The position numbers and the translations under genes are program-made. From a virus (lineage: Duplodnaviria; Caudoviricetes): a stretch of 64,000 nucleotides of DNA. Location of the stretch: IMG/VR virus record IMGVR_UViG_3300031707_001866, positions 1,240 through 65,239 of that record, one strand, 5' to 3'. Every line of letters begins with the position of its first letter. Positions within the stretch are counted from its first letter, which is position 1. The notes below the pieces were generated by a model that was not told the origin of the DNA, did no database searches, and worked only from the letters and a program-made list of their open reading frames with translations. Shown piece by piece: positions 58,878 through 64,000 of the stretch.

Positions 58878-58947
58878 CGCGGTTTAGTGTAATGGCAGCA
58901 CGCCAGGCTCATAACCTGGAAGAGCAGTTCGATTCTGCATCTCGCAA
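58878..58947 (+). tRNA. tRNA-Met(CAT), initiator-like, degenerate acceptor stem
   Basis: CCAGG-CTCATAA-CCTGG, GCAG-TTCGATT-CTGC, C1:A72 mismatch, no encoded CCA. Confidence 0.6.
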
Positions 58948-58965
58948 TTTTTAAAGGAAGAAAAA

Positions 58966-59538
58966 ATGCCAGACGAAAAATTTGATTGGAAAAAATTCAT
59001 AAATGGTTTTAATTTAATTAATCCAGTAAACTTTGCTAAGGTTGCACGGGATATTTTTTATACTCTTGTTATCTTAGCAATTATTATTGGGGGAATTTAT
59101 GGTTACGGATATTGGAAAGGTAAAAAATCTCAACCAATCGTAATCAATAATATGGAAGACCGCACTATCACAGTGAAGGATTCCAATAATGTCGAACACA
59201 AAATCGACATCATAAAAGGTGCTATTACTTTCGACGGTCAGAAAGTTATCGTGGGTGATTTAAAAGTTAAACCCCCATTTGGCTGGCAGTTGAGACCTGG
59301 AATCGCAGTGGTTACGCGCCAACATCTAGATATATGCACTGCTTTGAGTTTGGCTTATGTAAATAAATTCGAGGTGGATGTGTTAGGAAATAAAGACTTT
59401 ATTGGTGGGGGGATAAGCTATAAAATAACAACCACTAAACCTTTCCAAATAAGTAACACTTCTCTTGGGGCGGGGCTTCTTTTTGATTTTCAAACTCTTG
59501 AGAGGTCATATTTACTATACGCCAAAGTTAGTTTTTAG
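58966..59538 (+). CDS. Membrane-anchored protein with beta-rich C-terminus
   Basis: TM IFYTLVILAIIIGGIYGYGYW; ends YLLYAKVSF. Confidence 0.6.
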   Translation: MPDEKFDWKKFINGFNLINPVNFAKVARDIFYTLVILAIIIGGIYGYGYWKGKKSQPIVINNMEDRTITVKDSNNVEHKIDIIKGAITFDGQKVIVGDLKVKPPFGWQLRPGIAVVTRQHLDICTALSLAYVNKFEVDVLGNKDFIGGGISYKITTTKPFQISNTSLGAGLLFDFQTLERSYLLYAKVSF

Positions 59539-59546
59539 AGGAAATA

Positions 59547-60311
59547 ATGAAAAATTACGACGATATATTACAATCTAAAATAAAGAAACTGCAGAACTTG
59601 CCGACATACAAAGGTAAAACTGAAGTAGAAATAGTCAAGGCACTTTTATTTAAAGAATGGGGGACTAACGATTCAGATAATAGAATGTCCGACGATAAAC
59701 TTGGGTGGCTTTCGAAAATTTTTGACAAAGAAACTCTGGAATGGTTATCCAGTGAGTATGACAAAATTGTCGCTGACTTTAGTTTTAACGAAAGTTCTGA
59801 CCTTCAGCAACTTTTAAATTATATGTGGCGATTGGGAAGAAACAGAGTCCTGGCCGGTCAGATTGCCAACCCGCCTAAAAATGAAAAAACCGGAAAGACT
59901 GAGAGCATTGTAAGTAAAATAAACGAAATGGACGAGAACACTGTCCAGATGATTGCTATAGGCAAAGCGTTGCGTTTGAACAAGGAGCAGCGTGAGGCAG
60001 ATAAGAAAGAAATCTCTTTGCAGCAAAAATTATTAACAATATACGAACGTGTGGATGCTTATAAGAAGTCTCACCAGGGCGAGTATAGTTGGAAGTGCGG
60101 AGGCTGCGGAGAGATAAATACACTTAACGAGCCCGCTTGGTTTTTTGAAAATGAAACTGTGTTTAGTCCCGAACTTTACGAATTAGTATTGAAAGAAAAA
60201 ATTACATTGTCAGATATGGCCTTTGTATTACGCACCAGTACCTATGCTTTACGGGAGATTAGTAAACGGCGCGGGGTATGGGATGAAAAATTAGATGCTG
60301 CGGTGAAATAG
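59547..60311 (+). CDS. Probable terminase small subunit
   Basis: Helical, immediately upstream of TerL; CGGC motif. Confidence 0.45.
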   Translation: MKNYDDILQSKIKKLQNLPTYKGKTEVEIVKALLFKEWGTNDSDNRMSDDKLGWLSKIFDKETLEWLSSEYDKIVADFSFNESSDLQQLLNYMWRLGRNRVLAGQIANPPKNEKTGKTESIVSKINEMDENTVQMIAIGKALRLNKEQREADKKEISLQQKLLTIYERVDAYKKSHQGEYSWKCGGCGEINTLNEPAWFFENETVFSPELYELVLKEKITLSDMAFVLRTSTYALREISKRRGVWDEKLDAAVK

Positions 60312-60312
60312 A

Positions 60313-61929
60313 ATGAAAACCGACGACGTTGACTTTTCTTTTAAATCCGATGTCCCAACCAATGCAGAATTTTTGGTTTATTACTCTTTAAAAAATCCTA
60401 TAGCGTTTCCCGAAATCTTTATTAAAGAAAAAGGGAACCCGATAACATTAAGATACTATCAGTACTTACCGTGCTTGTCAGACAATATTGTCCTCGTGGG
60501 CGGAAGAAAACAAGGTAAATCGTGGGATTTAGAAAATAGAATACTACAGAATTTATTTTCAAAGCCATACAAAGAAACTTTATTCACAACTTTACTGCAA
60601 GTTCACTTGGTTCCACGTATGAACGCAGTATATGATAAAGCAATGTCCGACGATATACTTAAAGAATTAATTAAGAGTAAACGGCGTGGCGCTCCTTATT
60701 ATACGATTGAATCTAAAATGAGGCATATCGCAAAAGGAATCATAGCCGGGGAAAATAAAAAGGGAGACAACGTTCTCAGCAGCCACGTTGACGAAAAACT
60801 TATAGACGAGTCACAGTGCTATTCCCCGGAGGCATACCTGAAGTTACAGCAAGCTTCCGCTGAAGGTTCTGAAGGAGCAATTGAAAGGTTATATGGGGTT
60901 CCAGACAATCGAGCGGATACTCCTTTTTCAAATGCTATTCAAGATGAATCCAGAACTATAATAAGGACTCCAGCCTGGTGCAACCCTTTCTATTCTCTCA
61001 AGGAGAATGAAAAAAACATAATTGCATACAAAGGGACTAAAACCCCGGAGTATAGAAGCAATGTAGAGGCGCTGGAATCAGAAGTAGCGGGTGGAGCGTG
61101 GGACTACTCTGATATTATGAAATGCTTTAAACGGGACATCAAAGGTCAGTTAATCCCGGCCAAGATTTTTGAATTTGATAAAGAAGACGTAATTAAAAAC
61201 ACGGTAGATGGCAAAGTAAACATACAGGAAATGCTTAAACTTGTCCCAAGATTTGACAACGCGGGAGTATTCGTCGGGCACGACGTGGGTAAACGAGTTC
61301 ACCCTTCAGTCATCATACCTTTTGTCACAGTAGATGACAACGGCACAATGAAGTACAAAATGGAGTGCCGAATAAACTTACTTAATATTTCTTACCCGGT
61401 TCAAGAACAGATAGTTGACTACTTAATGGATTACTGGGGAGTTTCTTACTGGGGTTTGGACACGACCGGAAATGACGGCGAAGGAATACTAGACCATCTG
61501 CACAATACGAACGCATACGCAGTAGAAAAAGATTACTTAAACAGAATCGTAGGAATAAACTTTAGAGAATCTTTGCCAATAGGAATTGAGAAAGACGACG
61601 CGGGAAATGTAAAATACGAGAATACCGGCGAAGTAAAAATGTTAAAGGCGGAGGGTAAAGTTGTTATCAGCGAGATTTTATTTGAAATGTTTCGAAATCA
61701 AGAGTTTGTGTTACCTAACGACCCTGAAATTGGTATCGAGTTTTCTTCAGAGACTAGAAAAAAATCAGGGCAATTTAATTATATATATCATTCTGTATGT
61801 GCTGACCATACTATAGACGCCTTCAGATGCTTTGGGGGTTTAATGTTTAAGAAACTTAAACGAGGTCAGATACAGGCGGAAAATCAGAAACAAAACTTTA
61901 CTACTACTTTTATAGACGTCGATTTTTAA
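60313..61929 (+). CDS. Terminase large subunit
   Basis: GGRKQGKS Walker A, LIDESQ Walker B, VGHDVG and DHTIDAFR nuclease motifs. Confidence 0.88.
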   Translation: MKTDDVDFSFKSDVPTNAEFLVYYSLKNPIAFPEIFIKEKGNPITLRYYQYLPCLSDNIVLVGGRKQGKSWDLENRILQNLFSKPYKETLFTTLLQVHLVPRMNAVYDKAMSDDILKELIKSKRRGAPYYTIESKMRHIAKGIIAGENKKGDNVLSSHVDEKLIDESQCYSPEAYLKLQQASAEGSEGAIERLYGVPDNRADTPFSNAIQDESRTIIRTPAWCNPFYSLKENEKNIIAYKGTKTPEYRSNVEALESEVAGGAWDYSDIMKCFKRDIKGQLIPAKIFEFDKEDVIKNTVDGKVNIQEMLKLVPRFDNAGVFVGHDVGKRVHPSVIIPFVTVDDNGTMKYKMECRINLLNISYPVQEQIVDYLMDYWGVSYWGLDTTGNDGEGILDHLHNTNAYAVEKDYLNRIVGINFRESLPIGIEKDDAGNVKYENTGEVKMLKAEGKVVISEILFEMFRNQEFVLPNDPEIGIEFSSETRKKSGQFNYIYHSVCADHTIDAFRCFGGLMFKKLKRGQIQAENQKQNFTTTFIDVDF

Positions 61930-61948
61930 ATTTTAGGGGGAAAGTGTT

Positions 61949-63787
61949 ATGGCTCGCGCCAAAAAAGAAAACAAAAAATTACTCAAAAAATTAGAGGATA
62001 CGGTAGACATCACTTTGTCTAAACCAGTAACCCACGAGGTGCTCAATGAACTATACGCCGGACTGCTGGATAATGTAATTTATTCCGTGTCTAATCAGTG
62101 GGATTTAAGTATTCCTACCGACTTTGACACCAGGGTAAGATTATGCCGTAATTTAATCAAAGACGGCGAAGGCAAGGGTTTAATTCCAAGAACTGTTCAA
62201 GCGATGGTTCAGAGCGCTGTAGGTAAAGCCACTATAGATAACTCCTTATTTTTTCCTCCTAAAATGCTGGAACGCGAAAAGAAAATTTATACGGATTTTT
62301 TAATTAAGATAAACTCAGGTATGCGCGATGTTTTGCCCGGAATGAACACCTATAGGGAATGGTGGTTCAGGGAATACTGGTCATCGTCTTTGGTTTTGTC
62401 TTATTGGAGACACTCTGCCGCCTTTAAATTATTTATTATGAACCCATTGGGATTATACATTGAGGAGTCTAATGATTTCGGTGGCTCTAAATATTGGATA
62501 AAAGATACGGGAACATTGACTGATAAATCAGACAAGAACACTGAAACAAACACAGTCGTAACCACCCCGTATACAACTAAAAAATTTAAGAATGGAGACT
62601 ATGACCTTTTACCGTTGATTCCTGGTATAGAAGATTTCAACGTAGTCAAACGAGCCGCACAATCTTATGACCTTTATCCAGTTCCTTATTTAGTTTCCAC
62701 CGGGACAGTCTCACTGCATAAATTTAAAGAGGCGTGCAGAAAATCAGACACAGCAATAATGAAAGCGTTGGTAAAAATGATTCTGCATTTCAAAAAAGGA
62801 ACCGATACTTTGGCTCAGCAGGGAAAATTACCTACAGGAGAGGATATAAAGAACTTTGCGGAACGAATTAAAGTAGACTTAAAAGAAGCAATAGACAAGC
62901 CAGCCATAGTTGCCAGCAGATACGACGAGGATATTAAATACATTACTCCAGACACCTCTATTTTAGAAAGGACTAAATATGACGAGGTAGACCGCGACAT
63001 TGCTGAATCATTGGGTTGGCTGTCAATTCAGGAGTCATCTCGCGGCGGACGGGAAGTAACATTTAATCCTAAATTACTTATTTTAGAAATAGAAAGTGCG
63101 GTAAAAATAAACAACGAAGTGATTAACTACTTTTTAGAACAAGTGCGTATTAAAAAAGACTTGCGAATGGCTCCGACATTTTTACCGCCCGTTACCGATG
63201 TTTGGTTGACTGATGCCGCGAAAGCGTTGTTAAATAAATTGTATGGTGAGGGTTTATTGAGTAAACCTACTGCGATTAATGCCTTGACTCCCTCTACATA
63301 TATGATAGAAAGACAACGGCGCATAGAAGAAATATCCAACGACGATGCTGAAGTGTTTGACCCGCCGATTATAATGAAACAGGCAATTAAAACGCCAGAA
63401 GTATCGACTGAACCTAACGACGGCAGACCATCTGACCAGGATAATGACAATCAAAACGCCGAGTTTATTTATAATGAAATGATTGATGAAGGATTATTGA
63501 CAGAATTTTACAATGTTCCTTTAATTGCAGGGACTATAAAAATGGAGCGGGAATTGGGCGAACATTGGACAGAGTATTTACCCAGTGGATATGCCGAAGC
63601 CCCGTATAAGTCCAATGACGAACTTCCGCCAGCAGTAAAAAAACTTTCCACTAAATTACAAACTATTTGGCGTCGGGCGTTCAATTCGGCCTATGAAACC
63701 TATAAAGACAGACCGATTGAAGAGCGCGAAACCTTGTGCTTTAAGATTTCTTGGTCAGTTGTTAACCGAATTAAAAATCAGGAGTAG
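61949..63787 (+). CDS. Portal protein with C-terminal ChaB-like domain
   Basis: Follows TerL; C-terminus PYKSNDELPPAVKKL...IWRRAFNSAYETY...FKISWSVV. Confidence 0.72.
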   Translation: MARAKKENKKLLKKLEDTVDITLSKPVTHEVLNELYAGLLDNVIYSVSNQWDLSIPTDFDTRVRLCRNLIKDGEGKGLIPRTVQAMVQSAVGKATIDNSLFFPPKMLEREKKIYTDFLIKINSGMRDVLPGMNTYREWWFREYWSSSLVLSYWRHSAAFKLFIMNPLGLYIEESNDFGGSKYWIKDTGTLTDKSDKNTETNTVVTTPYTTKKFKNGDYDLLPLIPGIEDFNVVKRAAQSYDLYPVPYLVSTGTVSLHKFKEACRKSDTAIMKALVKMILHFKKGTDTLAQQGKLPTGEDIKNFAERIKVDLKEAIDKPAIVASRYDEDIKYITPDTSILERTKYDEVDRDIAESLGWLSIQESSRGGREVTFNPKLLILEIESAVKINNEVINYFLEQVRIKKDLRMAPTFLPPVTDVWLTDAAKALLNKLYGEGLLSKPTAINALTPSTYMIERQRRIEEISNDDAEVFDPPIIMKQAIKTPEVSTEPNDGRPSDQDNDNQNAEFIYNEMIDEGLLTEFYNVPLIAGTIKMERELGEHWTEYLPSGYAEAPYKSNDELPPAVKKLSTKLQTIWRRAFNSAYETYKDRPIEERETLCFKISWSVVNRIKNQE

Positions 63788-63927
63788 TAATTGCGATGAA
63801 AAAAGATTGGGAATTTTTAAAAACAAATAATAAGAAAAAAGACTGGGAATTTTTAAAAGCAGATACTGAAAGCACCCCCCCCCGCATAAAATTTATGCAC
63901 GTATTTGGATTGCAATAACCGAAATGA

Positions 63928-63947
63928 GAGGTCTTTTAGGAGACCTC
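63928..63947 (+). terminator. Hairpin before next head gene
   Basis: GAGGTCT-TTTAGG-AGACCTC. Confidence 0.45.
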
Positions 63948-64000
63948 GTATCACAGGGAGGAATAAAGGGTGAACAAGGACAAAAAGGAGACCCTGGCAG

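Noticed and set aside
63796-63918. Short ORF with duplicated KKDWEFLK
   Set aside because: The direct repeat is real but the 40-aa ORF has no clear RBS; cannot support a function
1-64000. Stop-codon reassignment or integrated prophage with host flanks
   Set aside because: Genes are intact under the standard code; no integrase, att site or host housekeeping block seen

Overview
Nearly complete genome of a tailed dsDNA siphophage-like bacteriophage (AT-rich, standard genetic code, sigma70-type TTGACA/TATAAT promoters). The gene order is cut at the window edges: terminase and portal end the window, and a scaffold-like C-terminus plus the major capsid gene open it. Layout: 1-25.5 kb virion genes, interrupted right after the capsid gene by a 7.7 kb sugar cassette (three-domain glycosyltransferase, beta-propeller glycosidase, perosamine-synthase-like aminotransferase, GNAT, GDP-mannose 4,6-dehydratase) flanked by two homing-endonuclease-like genes; 25.5-46.7 kb middle genes (two ClpP, RNA ligase, nucleotide catabolism, methyltransferases, archaeal-type SAM synthetase, PolA, primase-helicase, Mom-like GNAT, sigma-like factor); 46.7-56.5 kb minus-strand early genes with many strong promoters; 56.5-58.6 kb non-coding region with DnaA boxes and iteron-like repeats; then packaging genes. 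Top findings: (1) a non-canonical tRNA-Gly embedded in frame in the 5' end of a Mom-like DNA-modification gene, holding its Shine-Dalgarno and GTG start; (2) a probable N-acyl-perosamine virion glycosylation cassette; (3) an early SAM-lyase-like gene paired with a later archaeal-type SAM synthetase and methyltransferases; (4) a DnaA-box/iteron cluster and 17-bp-periodic operator arrays. All family calls come from motif recognition by eye; no database searches were run.
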